DNA of 64,000 nucleotides from an uncultured Alphaproteobacteria bacterium (GTDB lineage: Bacteria > Pseudomonadota > Alphaproteobacteria > HIMB59 > GCA-002718135), in the NCBI GenBank assembly GCA_902571865.1, contig CACGDO010000002.1, positions 54,960 through 118,959 on the forward strand, written 5' to 3'. The notes under the pieces are model-generated. The model was not told where the DNA came from and made no database searches. It saw only the letters and a program-made list of their open reading frames with translations. Of the stretch, positions 10,546 to 21,090 are shown piece by piece; position 1 is the first letter of the stretch; each line of letters opens with the position of its first letter. The translations under genes were made by a program, and so were the position numbers.

Positions 10546-11274
10546 ATGCCTTACTTTATTAATAAGAAAAAAGAAAGAATTCGCTATAAATCTATAAAGG
10601 GTAAGGGGCCTGGTATCATCTTTATCCATGGCCTTAACTCAGATATGAGTGGTCAAAAAGCTTTGTCTTTAGAAAGATTTGCGCGAAAAAATAAATTGCG
10701 GTTCATCCGTTTTGAATGCCGTGGTCATGGTAAATCTGATGGAAAATTCGAAGATTTTACAATTTCAGATTGGAAGAAAGACTTAATTGATATCATTGAT
10801 AATATTGCAAAAGGACCGCAAATTCTGGTTGGTAGCAGTATGGGTGGATGGTTAATGTTTTTAGCAGCCAAAGCAAGACCAAAAAGAATTGCTGGATTAA
10901 TTGGCCTAGCGGCAGCACCTGATTATATCGATGGGTTTTACAAAAAACTCCCTTTAAAGAAAAAACAAGAAATGAAGAAAAAAGGCATTATTAAATATTC
11001 ATCCTACGGGTTTAGTTATCTTATAAAAAAGAAATACATTATTGAAGGTAGAAAAAATAAAATTTTAAATAAAGAATTCAAATGGAATAAGCCCTTAATT
11101 TTGATACAAGGACTAAAAGATAATGTTGTCACTCCAGATGTTCCAGAAAAAATAGTAAAAAAAATTAAAGGAAATCAAATCCAAATAAAATTATTAAAAA
11201 ATAGTGATCATAGATTATCCGATCCATTTGATTTAAAAATAATGAATGATTCTATTCAATCAATAATAAACTAA
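10546..11274 (+). CDS. alpha/beta-fold hydrolase
   Basis: 242 aa. Nucleophile elbow GSSMGGW, HG oxyanion region (IFIHGLNS) and a late His (NSDHRLSD). Confidence 0.75.
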   Translation: MPYFINKKKERIRYKSIKGKGPGIIFIHGLNSDMSGQKALSLERFARKNKLRFIRFECRGHGKSDGKFEDFTISDWKKDLIDIIDNIAKGPQILVGSSMGGWLMFLAAKARPKRIAGLIGLAAAPDYIDGFYKKLPLKKKQEMKKKGIIKYSSYGFSYLIKKKYIIEGRKNKILNKEFKWNKPLILIQGLKDNVVTPDVPEKIVKKIKGNQIQIKLLKNSDHRLSDPFDLKIMNDSIQSIIN

Positions 11275-11373
11275 GCAGATTTTTCTTCTTGAATTAATAC
11301 AGGTTTATCAAATTTATTGATCATTTCTTTTGGAACAATCTGCCAGAAGAGTAATTTCTCATTTTCCCAATTT

Positions 11374-14300
11374 TCAAGTAAATTTTTTTGCGTACATTGA
11401 ATTTGTTTCCTTGATATGTTCTTCAATTTTTTGATATAAAACTTTTTCCCAATAATTTGTCATTTGTTGTTGATAGAAAATATCCTCAAGATTTATTCGA
11501 AGTGGTAGAGTTCCTTCTTTATCGTACACAAATGCCATACCTCCAGTCATTCCAGCTCCAAAATTATTTCCTACTTCGCCAAGAATAACTGCACTTCCTC
11601 CAGTCATATATTCACATCCATTATCACCACATCCTTCAATAACAGCATGTGCGCCAGAGTTTCTAACAGCAAATCTATCGCCAGCAGTTCCAGCTGCAAA
11701 GAGTTTACCACGCGTTGCTCCATATAGGACAGTGTTCCCAATGATAACATTTTTGTTTGTTTTTAGTTGTGAAGATGAGCTTGGTTGTATAACAATTTTA
11801 CCCCCTGATAATCCTTTTGCAACATAATCGTTAGCGTCACCAAAAACTTTAAGAGTAGTTCCTTGCACACTCCATGATCCAAATGATTGGCCAGCAGAAC
11901 CATGAAAATTAACTGTAAAGAAATCCTCTGGAAGAGAACTCATTCCTTTTGTAGTAGTAATTTCTGATGCAAGTCTCGTACCAATAGCTCTATCAGTATT
12001 TTTGATATTATAGTTTAGTTCAATTTTTTGATCTGTTTCAAAGAAAGACTTAGCGTCTCCTATGATTTTAATATCAAGGCTATCGCTAACTTTATTAATT
12101 GTATTTTTCTTTATGTCAAATTCTCCAACTGATGAATCAATGGTTTGAATAATTGGATTTAAATCTAAATCATCAAGATCAGAACTTCCTCTACTGACTT
12201 GATATAAAAGATCAGATCTTCCAACTACTTCATCAAGAGAAGAAAAGCCTAGTAATCCTAAAATTTCTCTTACTTCATCAGCAATAAAACTAAAAAGGTT
12301 AATAACTTTTTCTGGTGTACCGGTAAATTTTTCTCTAAGTTTTTCATCCTGAGAGCAAACTCCAACGGGGCAAGTATTTGAATGACATTGTCTAACCATG
12401 ATACAACCCATAGCAACTAAACTTGCTGTCCCAATTCCATATTCTTCTGCCCCAAGCATAGCCGCAATAACAATATCTTTTCCTGTTTTCAAACCTCCGT
12501 CAGTTCTAAGAACAACTTTATCCCTTAAGTTATTTAGAGAAAGAACTTGATGTACTTCACTTAATCCAAGTTCCCAAGGAAGTCCTGCATACTTTATACT
12601 TGTTTGTGGGCTTGCTCCAGTTCCACCATTGTGACCTGATATGAGTATCGTATCAGCTTTTGCTTTTGCAACACCAGCTGCGACTGTTCCAATCCCTGAC
12701 TGAGCAACTAACTTAACGCATACTTTAGCTCTTGGATTAATTTGTTTCAAATCGTAAATAAGCTGAGCTAAATCTTCGATAGAATAAATATCATGATGAG
12801 GAGGAGGACTAATGAGCGTCACACCTTCGGTTGAATGTCTTAGTTTAGCAATTAATTCTGTAACTTTTCCTCCTGGCAATTGTCCACCCTCACCAGGTTT
12901 TGCACCTTGTGCAACTTTAATTTCAATTTCTTCACAATTGTTTAAATATTCCGCTGTTACACCAAATCGTCCACTTGCAATTTGTTTAATTTTTGATGAT
13001 GCGTTATCTCCATTTGGCTTAGGTTTAAATCTAATCGGATCTTCACCACCTTCACCTGAATCAGATTTAGCTCCTATCCTATTCATTGCTACAGAAAGAG
13101 TTTCATGCGCTTCTGGACTCAGGGCTCCAAGTGATATTCCTGGTGCAACTAGCCTTTTTCTAATTTCTTGAGAAGGTTCTACTGTGTTAGAGTTACTATT
13201 ATTGTTATGTTTTTTGAAGTCTAAAAGATCACGAATATTTATAGGATCCATTTCATCTATCATTGTAGAATATTTTTTAAATAAAGAATAATTATTAGAA
13301 GTTACTGCAGTTTGAAGCATGTGAATTGATCTTGCTTCAAAAGCATGTTTTTCTCCGCCAAATCTGTAGCGATAGTTTCCACCAATCGGCAGTGTAATAA
13401 CACTCTCTTCATAAGCATTATCATGAGCTAATCTTGATCTTCTTTCAATACCGCTGATACCGATACCGGATATTTTAGAACTCATAGAAGGGAAAAATTT
13501 GCTCATTAAATTTCTACTGAGTCCAATCGCTTCAAAATTACAACCACCTCGATATGAATTAATCACTGATATTCCCATCTTACTCATAGTCTTAAGCAGA
13601 CCATTATTTATAGAATTAATAAATCTCTCTACACATTCTTCATATGAGAGATTTTTAAATAATCCTTTTTTATGTCTTTCCGCTATAGCTTGTTGTGCCA
13701 TATATGCATTCACACTTGTTGCTCCAACTCCGATAAGAACTGCAAAATATTGTACATCTAAACATTCTGCAGATTGAACATTTAAGGAAATAAAAGTTCG
13801 AAGATTTTGTTTAATTAAATGATGATGAACAGAACTTGTAACTAATATCATAGGAAGAGCTATTCTTGTTTTAGACATTTCTTTGTCACTTAAAATTATA
13901 TGAACATACCCCTCTCTAACAGCTTGTTCTGCTTCTCGGTTTATTCTTGAAATTTCTATCTCAAAATTATTTTCAGGATTTGTTTTATCCATTGTTGTGT
14001 CAATGATCTTCACACTATCTTTCATATATCTTCGCATAGATTTGAATTGCTCAATTGAAAGAACAGGAGAGTTCAATTGTAAATGATCGCATTGATCTTC
14101 ATCTTCATCAAGAATATTACTTAAGTTTCCAATTCTAGTTCGAAGACTCATAACAACTCTTTCTCTTAATGAATCAATTGGTGGATTTGTAACTTGACTA
14201 AAATTTTGTCTAAAAAAGTGATGGAGTCCTCTATATTTATTTGAGAGCACTGCTAGTGGAGTGTCATCTCCCATCGATCCCGTTGCTTCTTTTTTTTCGG

Positions 14301-15789
14301 CAATCATTGGATGAAGTATTAATTCGATGTCTTCTACTGACCAGGCAAAGCATGCCATTCTTTTTCGTAGATCTCCAGAGTCTAAATCTCTAAATTCTTC
14401 ATCAACAGATTGAACAAGTTTATCAATATACGTGATTTTTTTAGTCCAATCACCAAATGGTTTAGTTTCTGCTAAATACTTTTTTATTTCATGATCTTTA
14501 AAAAATTTTTTCTCTTTAAAGTTGACTGCTATTAATTGACCTGGTCCTACCCTACCTCTTTCTACTATTTCATTATCTTTAATATCAACCATTCCAGTTT
14601 CAGAACCCGCAATAAGAAGATTATTTGTTAGTGTATATCTTATAGGTCTAAGACCATTTCTATCCATTCCAGCAATAGCCCAATCACCGTACGCGCCACA
14701 TATTGCTGCTGGACCATCCCATGGCTCCATAACTGCTCCACCATAAGCGTATAAATCTTTTATTTTTTTTGGAAAATCTCTTCTGTGGGACCAAGCTTCT
14801 GGAATTGTTATTATTTTAGCCATAGGTAAAGAACGATTAGCTTTAACTAATAACTCTATTGTTGAATCTAATGCAGCAGAGTCAGACGCTTTAGCATCAA
14901 TTATGGGTTTTAAATCATCTACATTATTGCCAAAATTTTTATGTTCCATTCTTGGCTCATGCGCAGCCATCCAATTTTTATTACCTTTAAGTGTATTTAT
15001 TTCACCATTATGCGCAATCACTCTAAAAGGCTGTGCTAAAGACCAAGTGGGAAATGTATTGGTTGAATAGCGCTGGTGATAAACTGCATATCTAGAAATA
15101 AAATATTCATTTTGGATGTCTGGATAAAAATTGGAAAGCTGTTCTGCTAAAAACATACCTTTATAAACAATGGACTGACAAGATAGTGAGCAAATATAAA
15201 AGTCTGAAATATTTTGATTTCTAATTTCTTTTTCTATTCTTTTTCTAATTATATAAAGTTTATTATCAAATTCTTTTTCATCTTCTAGTTCTTCATTACA
15301 AATTAGTATTTGTTCTATTTCAGGCCTTGTTGCTTTTGCTTTATCACCAATAATCGATGAATTAATTGGAACGTGTCTCCAACCATATATTTTCAAACCT
15401 TCTTTAATTATTTCAGATTCAACAATTGTACGAGCATTTTCTTGAGCGGCAAAATCTGTACGTGGTAAAAAAATCATGCCAACCCCGAAAGGTAAATCAT
15501 TAGGAGTGTGGCCAGTTCTTTCTATTTGTTGAGAAAAAAAATTCTTTGGTATGGATAACTGTATTCCTGCACCATCACCTGTTTTACCATCAGCATCAAC
15601 TGCACCCCGGTGAAACAAAACTCTTAAAGCTTGAACTCCTAACTCGACTATTTCTCTTGTCTCAGATCCATCTAAAGATGCTATTAATCCAACACCGCAT
15701 GATGAATGTTCATCTTGTTCATTATAAACATGATTTTCTTCTAAGAATTTTTTATCCTTTTTATACTTTTGAATAAAGTGATTAGGCAT
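11374..15789 (-). CDS. gltB: glutamate synthase large subunit (3' end apparently frame-broken, see findings)
   Basis: 1471 aa. Ntn-amidotransferase Cys after a short propeptide (SSCGVGLIA), a central FMN/Fe-S domain and a C-terminal GXGXG beta-helix domain. The conserved extreme C-terminus continues in the +1 frame to 11271. Confidence 0.95.
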   Translation of the reverse strand: MPNHFIQKYKKDKKFLEENHVYNEQDEHSSCGVGLIASLDGSETREIVELGVQALRVLFHRGAVDADGKTGDGAGIQLSIPKNFFSQQIERTGHTPNDLPFGVGMIFLPRTDFAAQENARTIVESEIIKEGLKIYGWRHVPINSSIIGDKAKATRPEIEQILICNEELEDEKEFDNKLYIIRKRIEKEIRNQNISDFYICSLSCQSIVYKGMFLAEQLSNFYPDIQNEYFISRYAVYHQRYSTNTFPTWSLAQPFRVIAHNGEINTLKGNKNWMAAHEPRMEHKNFGNNVDDLKPIIDAKASDSAALDSTIELLVKANRSLPMAKIITIPEAWSHRRDFPKKIKDLYAYGGAVMEPWDGPAAICGAYGDWAIAGMDRNGLRPIRYTLTNNLLIAGSETGMVDIKDNEIVERGRVGPGQLIAVNFKEKKFFKDHEIKKYLAETKPFGDWTKKITYIDKLVQSVDEEFRDLDSGDLRKRMACFAWSVEDIELILHPMIAEKKEATGSMGDDTPLAVLSNKYRGLHHFFRQNFSQVTNPPIDSLRERVVMSLRTRIGNLSNILDEDEDQCDHLQLNSPVLSIEQFKSMRRYMKDSVKIIDTTMDKTNPENNFEIEISRINREAEQAVREGYVHIILSDKEMSKTRIALPMILVTSSVHHHLIKQNLRTFISLNVQSAECLDVQYFAVLIGVGATSVNAYMAQQAIAERHKKGLFKNLSYEECVERFINSINNGLLKTMSKMGISVINSYRGGCNFEAIGLSRNLMSKFFPSMSSKISGIGISGIERRSRLAHDNAYEESVITLPIGGNYRYRFGGEKHAFEARSIHMLQTAVTSNNYSLFKKYSTMIDEMDPINIRDLLDFKKHNNNSNSNTVEPSQEIRKRLVAPGISLGALSPEAHETLSVAMNRIGAKSDSGEGGEDPIRFKPKPNGDNASSKIKQIASGRFGVTAEYLNNCEEIEIKVAQGAKPGEGGQLPGGKVTELIAKLRHSTEGVTLISPPPHHDIYSIEDLAQLIYDLKQINPRAKVCVKLVAQSGIGTVAAGVAKAKADTILISGHNGGTGASPQTSIKYAGLPWELGLSEVHQVLSLNNLRDKVVLRTDGGLKTGKDIVIAAMLGAEEYGIGTASLVAMGCIMVRQCHSNTCPVGVCSQDEKLREKFTGTPEKVINLFSFIADEVREILGLLGFSSLDEVVGRSDLLYQVSRGSSDLDDLDLNPIIQTIDSSVGEFDIKKNTINKVSDSLDIKIIGDAKSFFETDQKIELNYNIKNTDRAIGTRLASEITTTKGMSSLPEDFFTVNFHGSAGQSFGSWSVQGTTLKVFGDANDYVAKGLSGGKIVIQPSSSSQLKTNKNVIIGNTVLYGATRGKLFAAGTAGDRFAVRNSGAHAVIEGCGDNGCEYMTGGSAVILGEVGNNFGAGMTGGMAFVYDKEGTLPLRINLEDIFYQQQMTNYWEKVLYQKIEEHIKETNSMYAKKFT

Positions 15790-17227
15790 TTACTGCTTTC
15801 TTATTAATATTATTTTGATCAGAAAAAATATTTTCTAAATATTCATTAATATTTTTTGCTGCATCACGACCATCTTTGATTCCCCAAACAACTAAACTTG
15901 CACCGCGAACAATATCTCCAGCAGCAAATACTCCATCAATTGATGTCATCATATTTTTATAATTAATTTTTAGCGTACCCCATCTTGTAACTGTCAGGTC
16001 ATTGTAATCAAAAAGCTTAGGTAAATTTTCAGGTTCAAAACCCAAAGCTTCTATAGCTAAATCAACATCTAGCTCTTTTTCCGTACCTTCTTTTGGCTCT
16101 GGCTTCCTTCTACCTGACTCATCTGGTTCTCCAAGTTGCATTAAAACGGTTCTGACATTTTTCAATGACCCGTTTCCCGAATATTCAGTTGGTAAAGTCA
16201 ACCATTGAAAATCGACGCCCTCTTCTATTGCATTTTGAACTTCTCTTTGCGAACCAGGCATATTTGTCTTATCACGTCTGTAAAGACACTTAACAGATTT
16301 TGCTCCTTGTCTTACAGCCGTTCTAACGCAATCCATAGCTGTATCACCACCACCAATGACAACTACATTTTTTCCATTTGCGTTTAATCTTCCATTTGTG
16401 AAATCTTCAACTTTATCTTTTAAACCAGTCTTGTTACTCGCTATTAGGAAATCTAAAGCTGGTACAACATTATTAAAATTGGATGTATTTAGATTGATTT
16501 CTCTAAATTTGTAAACCCCAGTTGCTATAAGAACTGCATCATGCTTAATTTTAATATCTTCAAATGTAATGTCTTTGCCAATATCGCAGTTTAATTCAAA
16601 CTTAATTCCACTTTCTTTAAGTCGATTTGTTCTTCTTATAACAATATCTTTTTCTAGTTTAAAATTTGGGATACCATAAATTAAGAGACCTCCTGGTCTA
16701 TCATAGCGATCATATATTGTAACTTGAAATCCTTTTTTACGAAGTTCTTCTGCTGCAGCTAATCCAGCAGGACCAGAACCTATAATTCCAACACTTTGAT
16801 TTCTTTCTTCAACTGGTTCTATATTTTTAACCCAACCTTCTTCCCAAGCTTTATCTGTAATATATTTTTCTATCGATCCTATAGTAACAGTGCCGTGACC
16901 AGATTGTTCAATTACGCAGTTACCTTCACACAAACGATCTTGAGGACATATACGACCACAAATTTCAGGCATATTATTTGTAGAGCTGGAAATTTCAAAT
17001 GCCTCCTGCATTCTATCTTCAGCAGTTAGTTTTAGCCAATCTGGAATATTATTATGTAAAGGACAATGAACTTGACAGAAAGGAACGCCGCATTGAGAAC
17101 ATCTGGAAGCTTGTTCTTCTGCCTTTTGTGAGGCATATTTGGCGTAAATTTCATCAAATGATTTAACCCTCTCTTTGGCAGATACTTTACTAGGATTTTC
17201 CTTATTTATTTTAGTAAATTTTAGCAT
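15782..17227 (-). CDS. gltD: glutamate synthase small subunit
   Basis: 481 aa. Cys clusters CSQCGVPFCQVHCPL and CGRICPQDRLCEGNC, with two dinucleotide folds (GIIGSGPAGLAAA, VVVIGGGDTAMDC). It lies upstream of gltB and overlaps it by 8 nt. As I recall, gltD-gltB is the order described for Azospirillum. Confidence 0.95.
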   Translation of the reverse strand: MLKFTKINKENPSKVSAKERVKSFDEIYAKYASQKAEEQASRCSQCGVPFCQVHCPLHNNIPDWLKLTAEDRMQEAFEISSSTNNMPEICGRICPQDRLCEGNCVIEQSGHGTVTIGSIEKYITDKAWEEGWVKNIEPVEERNQSVGIIGSGPAGLAAAEELRKKGFQVTIYDRYDRPGGLLIYGIPNFKLEKDIVIRRTNRLKESGIKFELNCDIGKDITFEDIKIKHDAVLIATGVYKFREINLNTSNFNNVVPALDFLIASNKTGLKDKVEDFTNGRLNANGKNVVVIGGGDTAMDCVRTAVRQGAKSVKCLYRRDKTNMPGSQREVQNAIEEGVDFQWLTLPTEYSGNGSLKNVRTVLMQLGEPDESGRRKPEPKEGTEKELDVDLAIEALGFEPENLPKLFDYNDLTVTRWGTLKINYKNMMTSIDGVFAAGDIVRGASLVVWGIKDGRDAAKNINEYLENIFSDQNNINKKAVNA

Positions 17228-17345
17228 TTAGTTATCATTTGTTTACTATTTTATCTAGATCGAACCAAATACACATTCAAGATAAAAAAAGAAACAATAA
17301 TTTTGAAATAATAGTACCACTTATGTACTAAAACTAAGAAAACCC

Positions 17346-18251
17346 TTAATTTACAACAATATTTTTAAGTATTTGTAGTGTATCCTGTGGATTAATATCA
17401 AGATTTTGAAACGATTTATCGACATTTACGACAAGATTATCCTTTTCAAATAATATTAACTGTTCTGAAGTAAGAGGAGAAATCGGAGTTTTTTCAGCAA
17501 TATTTATCATAGGTTTCATAAATGCCATAGGAACAGGAACTAAAACTCGAGTTTTATTTAAAAAATTAGAAATATGATTAAAAAATTCTTTGTAAGAATA
17601 AATCCTAGGACCAGCAAGTTCATAAATATTTTTCCCTTTAATCTTAGAATTAATTATTTCATCAACAGCTAGAGATACATCATCAATAAACACTGGTTGG
17701 AATTTTGTTGAACCATCACCAAAAAGTGGGACAAAAAAAGAAGCTTTAAATATTGGTAAAAGTTTTTTCATGAAAATATCGCCACCACCTATAATAACTC
17801 CTGGCCTTATAATGATTACATTATCTAGTTGTTTATAAGCTTCCTTTTCAGATTTATGCACTGAATTACTTCTTGTTGAATTTTTATCAATATCTACACC
17901 AAGACCAGAAAAAAGAATGAATTGTTTTAATTCCTGGCTAGATTTTAAAATTTTAATAAGTTTTTGATTAAATTTAAATATTGTATTGTTAAAATTACCC
18001 TTCTTTTGATCATATGTAGTTTTCAAATTAATACATACTTCAGCGTTATTTAAAACAGATTTAAGCCTTTTATCTTCTAATGAAGAATAACGAAATGGAA
18101 TTACCTGTCCTGTTACGCCTAAAAGTCTGATTTTAGCTTCTTGTATTGATCTTTGATAGGGAACGATTATTTTATAGCCATTTTTAGTAAGACGCCTTAT
18201 TAAATGTTTACCTACAAAACCTGCGCCTCCAAAAATTACTATTGATTTCAT
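17346..18251 (-). CDS. NAD(P)-binding epimerase/dehydratase family protein (complex I NDUFA9-like)
   Basis: 301 aa. N-terminal Rossmann motif VIFGGAGFVGKHL. The size and layout match the NDUFA9-like SDR proteins common in alphaproteobacteria. Confidence 0.65.
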   Translation of the reverse strand: MKSIVIFGGAGFVGKHLIRRLTKNGYKIIVPYQRSIQEAKIRLLGVTGQVIPFRYSSLEDKRLKSVLNNAEVCINLKTTYDQKKGNFNNTIFKFNQKLIKILKSSQELKQFILFSGLGVDIDKNSTRSNSVHKSEKEAYKQLDNVIIIRPGVIIGGGDIFMKKLLPIFKASFFVPLFGDGSTKFQPVFIDDVSLAVDEIINSKIKGKNIYELAGPRIYSYKEFFNHISNFLNKTRVLVPVPMAFMKPMINIAEKTPISPLTSEQLILFEKDNLVVNVDKSFQNLDINPQDTLQILKNIVVN

Positions 18252-18313
18252 GACCTTTAATTAAATAAGTGATATAGAGAAAAAATATAAATTATACAGG
18301 CAATAAAATCAAA

Positions 18314-18922
18314 ATGAAAATTAATTTCTATAAAGAAGATCTTCCAGCAAATTTTAAAGCTACTAATACCATTGCATTGGATAGCGAAACAATGGGATTA
18401 AATCCTAAAAGAGATAAATTATGTTTAGTCCAAGTTTCTAATGGTGATGAAGTATGTCATCTAGTAAAAATTGACTTATCTACAAAAAAACCTCTAAATT
18501 TAATTAAAATTCTTAAAAATAATAAAATTCAAAAAATTTTTCATTATGCTAGGTTTGATGTAGCTGTATTCAAACACAACTTCAAAATTAATATTAAAAA
18601 TATTTACTGCACTAAAATTGCATCAAAGCTGGTTAGGACATATACAGATAAGCATGGATATAAAGATCTTTGTAGTGAATTATTAGGAAAATCAATTTCA
18701 AAAACTGAACAGTCTTCTGATTGGGGCGGGGAATTAACTAAGGAACAACAAAAATATGCTGCTACAGATGTTTTATATTTACACAAAATTAAAGATAAAC
18801 TTGATTTAATGTTATTAAGAGAAAAAAGAAGTAAATTAGCTAAAGCTTGTTTTGATTTTATTCAATACAGAACAGATTTAGATATCAATGGTTGGTCAGA
18901 GCAAGATATATTTAAACATTAA
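18314..18922 (+). CDS. DEDDy-type 3'-5' exonuclease (short RNase D-like)
   Basis: 202 aa. Exo I motif IALDSETMGL, Exo II FHYARFD and Exo III YAATDVLYLHKI. Confidence 0.75.
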   Translation: MKINFYKEDLPANFKATNTIALDSETMGLNPKRDKLCLVQVSNGDEVCHLVKIDLSTKKPLNLIKILKNNKIQKIFHYARFDVAVFKHNFKINIKNIYCTKIASKLVRTYTDKHGYKDLCSELLGKSISKTEQSSDWGGELTKEQQKYAATDVLYLHKIKDKLDLMLLREKRSKLAKACFDFIQYRTDLDINGWSEQDIFKH

Positions 18923-19881
18923 TGAAAAATAATAAAAAAATAATTAATAGTGCAAATAGAACCTTAGCACGAGAACTAAGTAGTATAAAAAATTTAAAGT
19001 CTACATTTAATTTGAATTTTTGTAGAGCAGTAAATTTAATTTATAATACAAATGGAAAAGTTATAATTACCGGTGTTGGAAAAAGTGCACATATAGGTAA
19101 TAAGATATCTGCAACTCTTACTTCAACAGGGACGCCGTCATATTTTGTGCATGCTACTGAAGCAAGTCATGGTGATTTAGGAGGTATAAAAAAAGATGAT
19201 TGTGTAATCGCAATCTCTAATTCAGGTGAAACATCAGAGCTTAATAATATTATTCAATTTACTAAAAGATTTAATATTAAGCTTATAAGTATAACGAGTA
19301 ATTCTAAAAGTATATTACATAAAAATGCTACCGTAGGTATTTTATATAAAAAACCAATAGAAGCTTGTCCTTTAAATTTAGCACCAACAAGTTCTACTTC
19401 GATGAGTATGATTATTGGAGATTGTATTGCGATTGCATTACTAGAATTGAGAGGTTTTAGAAGTAATGAATTTAAAAGTTTGCATCCTGGCGGTAATCTA
19501 GGAAAAGATTTAAAAAACTTAAGCGAACTAATGCATACTAAGAAAGAAATTCCATTAGCTAAGTTAGATGAAAAAATGTCTAAAGCTTTACTTACAATGA
19601 CACAAAAAAGTTTTGGTTGTGTTGGAGTGATTAATAATAAGGGTCAAATAGTGGGCATAATTACTGATGGTGATTTAAGACGAAAATTAAACTCTAAATT
19701 TTTTGATAAAAAAGCCTCTGATATGATGACAAAAAATCCAACTCTCGCAAACAAAAATATGTTAGTAGGTGAAGCAATTAACTTGATGAACACAAAAAAA
19801 ATTACAAGCTTGTTTATTTGTGAAAGCAAAAAACCATTAGGAATAGTACATATTCATGATTTACTAAGATTGACGAGTTAA
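18922..19881 (+). CDS. kdsD: arabinose-5-phosphate isomerase (KpsF/GutQ/KdsD family)
   Basis: 319 aa. SIS domain (ITGVGKSAHIGNKISATL) followed by a tandem CBS pair. It sits immediately upstream of lptC-lptA-lptB, as in other proteobacteria. Confidence 0.9.
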   Translation: MKNNKKIINSANRTLARELSSIKNLKSTFNLNFCRAVNLIYNTNGKVIITGVGKSAHIGNKISATLTSTGTPSYFVHATEASHGDLGGIKKDDCVIAISNSGETSELNNIIQFTKRFNIKLISITSNSKSILHKNATVGILYKKPIEACPLNLAPTSSTSMSMIIGDCIAIALLELRGFRSNEFKSLHPGGNLGKDLKNLSELMHTKKEIPLAKLDEKMSKALLTMTQKSFGCVGVINNKGQIVGIITDGDLRRKLNSKFFDKKASDMMTKNPTLANKNMLVGEAINLMNTKKITSLFICESKKPLGIVHIHDLLRLTS

Positions 19882-19882
19882 T

Positions 19883-20332
19883 TTGAATTTTTTTTTATAT
19901 ATCAACAGAAAATTAGTTTTTATATTTGGAACAATTCTAACATTTATTTTTATTTTATTAATATTCTCTAAACAATTTAAACTAAATAAAATTGAAATTG
20001 AGATTTTAGAAACAAATTTATCAAACGTTGATATTGCTGAACCCAAATTTGCAATAAATAATGATTCCAAAAAAATTTATATAACTGCTAATGAAGGTAA
20101 TTTTTTAAATAAAAATGAAATTTTATTAAAAGATAATGTTAAGTTTAAATCTAATGAGTTTAGTATTGAAACTGAAGAAGTTATCTTCAATAGAAATAAT
20201 CAAACTGCTCAAAGTAATACTAAATCATTTTTCAAATCAAAAAATACTACAATTTCTTCAGATGGATTTGATATAAATGATAAAGGAAATAATATAATTT
20301 TTTATGGAAAATCTTACATTGTCTTAAAATGA
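19883..20332 (+). CDS. lptC: LPS export protein LptC-like
   Basis: 149 aa with a TTG start. One N-terminal TM helix followed by a beta-rich periplasmic region. The call rests mainly on its position between kdsD and lptA. Confidence 0.5.
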   Translation: MNFFLYINRKLVFIFGTILTFIFILLIFSKQFKLNKIEIEILETNLSNVDIAEPKFAINNDSKKIYITANEGNFLNKNEILLKDNVKFKSNEFSIETEEVIFNRNNQTAQSNTKSFFKSKNTTISSDGFDINDKGNNIIFYGKSYIVLK

Positions 20333-21090
20333 AATTATTTTTAAAAATAATAATAATTTTTTTTTATTCATTCAGCATTTCTGCAGTAGATAATGGAGAA
20401 ACTGAAATATCTACAGATAATGGAATTGAAGTTTATCAAAATGAAAAATTTTACTTATTAAAAAAAAATGTAAAAATTAAATCAGAAAGTTTTTCTTTAA
20501 ACGCCAATGATGTAAAGGTTAATTTTAATGAAAGCCTTTATGACATCACAGAACTAAATGCGAATGGGGATGTCGATTTTAAGTCAGTAATATTTAATAT
20601 GGAGGGAAATGGAGAGTTACTAACATTTGAAGTCAAAAATGAAAAATTAAAAATTGAGGGCATAGGATCAAAGATAATAACTGAAGATATTGAAATGTTT
20701 TCTGATGGTTTTATTATAATTAACAACCTTAATGGTGAGTTTTCATTAAAAGGTCCTAATTCAAAATTAGAAAACGACAATATACTAATAAAAAGTAAAT
20801 CAATTGATGGCGTGTTTACAAACAATGATAACAAAAAAGAAATAATTTATCTAAATATTATCGATGATAAATTATCTTACATAAAAAATAAAGATACTGA
20901 GATGTATGCAAAAAAAATTAATTTTAATAATAATAATTCAACAATTGAACTAATTGATAGCGTTACAATAATTCGTAATAATGAGAAAATCACTGGTGAT
21001 TATGGAACTCTTGATACTAGTAATAATTCATATAAAATTAAATCTAACAATCAAAATAAAGTAAAAATAATAATTAAAAACAATGAATAA
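20329..21090 (+). CDS. lptA: LPS transport periplasmic protein LptA (OstA-like)
   Basis: 253 aa. Signal peptide followed by a repetitive beta-jellyroll-like sequence. Positioned between lptC and lptB with 4-nt and 8-nt overlaps. Confidence 0.6.
   Translation: MKLFLKIIIIFFYSFSISAVDNGETEISTDNGIEVYQNEKFYLLKKNVKIKSESFSLNANDVKVNFNESLYDITELNANGDVDFKSVIFNMEGNGELLTFEVKNEKLKIEGIGSKIITEDIEMFSDGFIIINNLNGEFSLKGPNSKLENDNILIKSKSIDGVFTNNDNKKEIIYLNIIDDKLSYIKNKDTEMYAKKINFNNNNSTIELIDSVTIIRNNEKITGDYGTLDTSNNSYKIKSNNQNKVKIIIKNNE

Noticed and set aside
12812-13777. ORF-track entries antisense to gltB (12812-13171, 13499-13777, 15546-15776). Similar antisense or embedded ORFs occur inside lepA, gltD, kdsD, lptA, aroA, rpsA, trpB, trpA, accD, metK, ahcY, nrdA, polA, gyrB, recF, fabB and others.
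   Set aside because: All lie fully inside strongly recognisable conserved genes on the other strand or in another frame. Their translations are low-complexity with no family motifs. They are best explained as chance open frames.
17312-17330. Hairpin TAGTAC-N7-GTACTA just downstream of the NDUFA9-like gene, considered as a possible intrinsic terminator.
   Set aside because: It has only 6 mostly A/T base pairs and no clean U-tract, so it is too weak to call.
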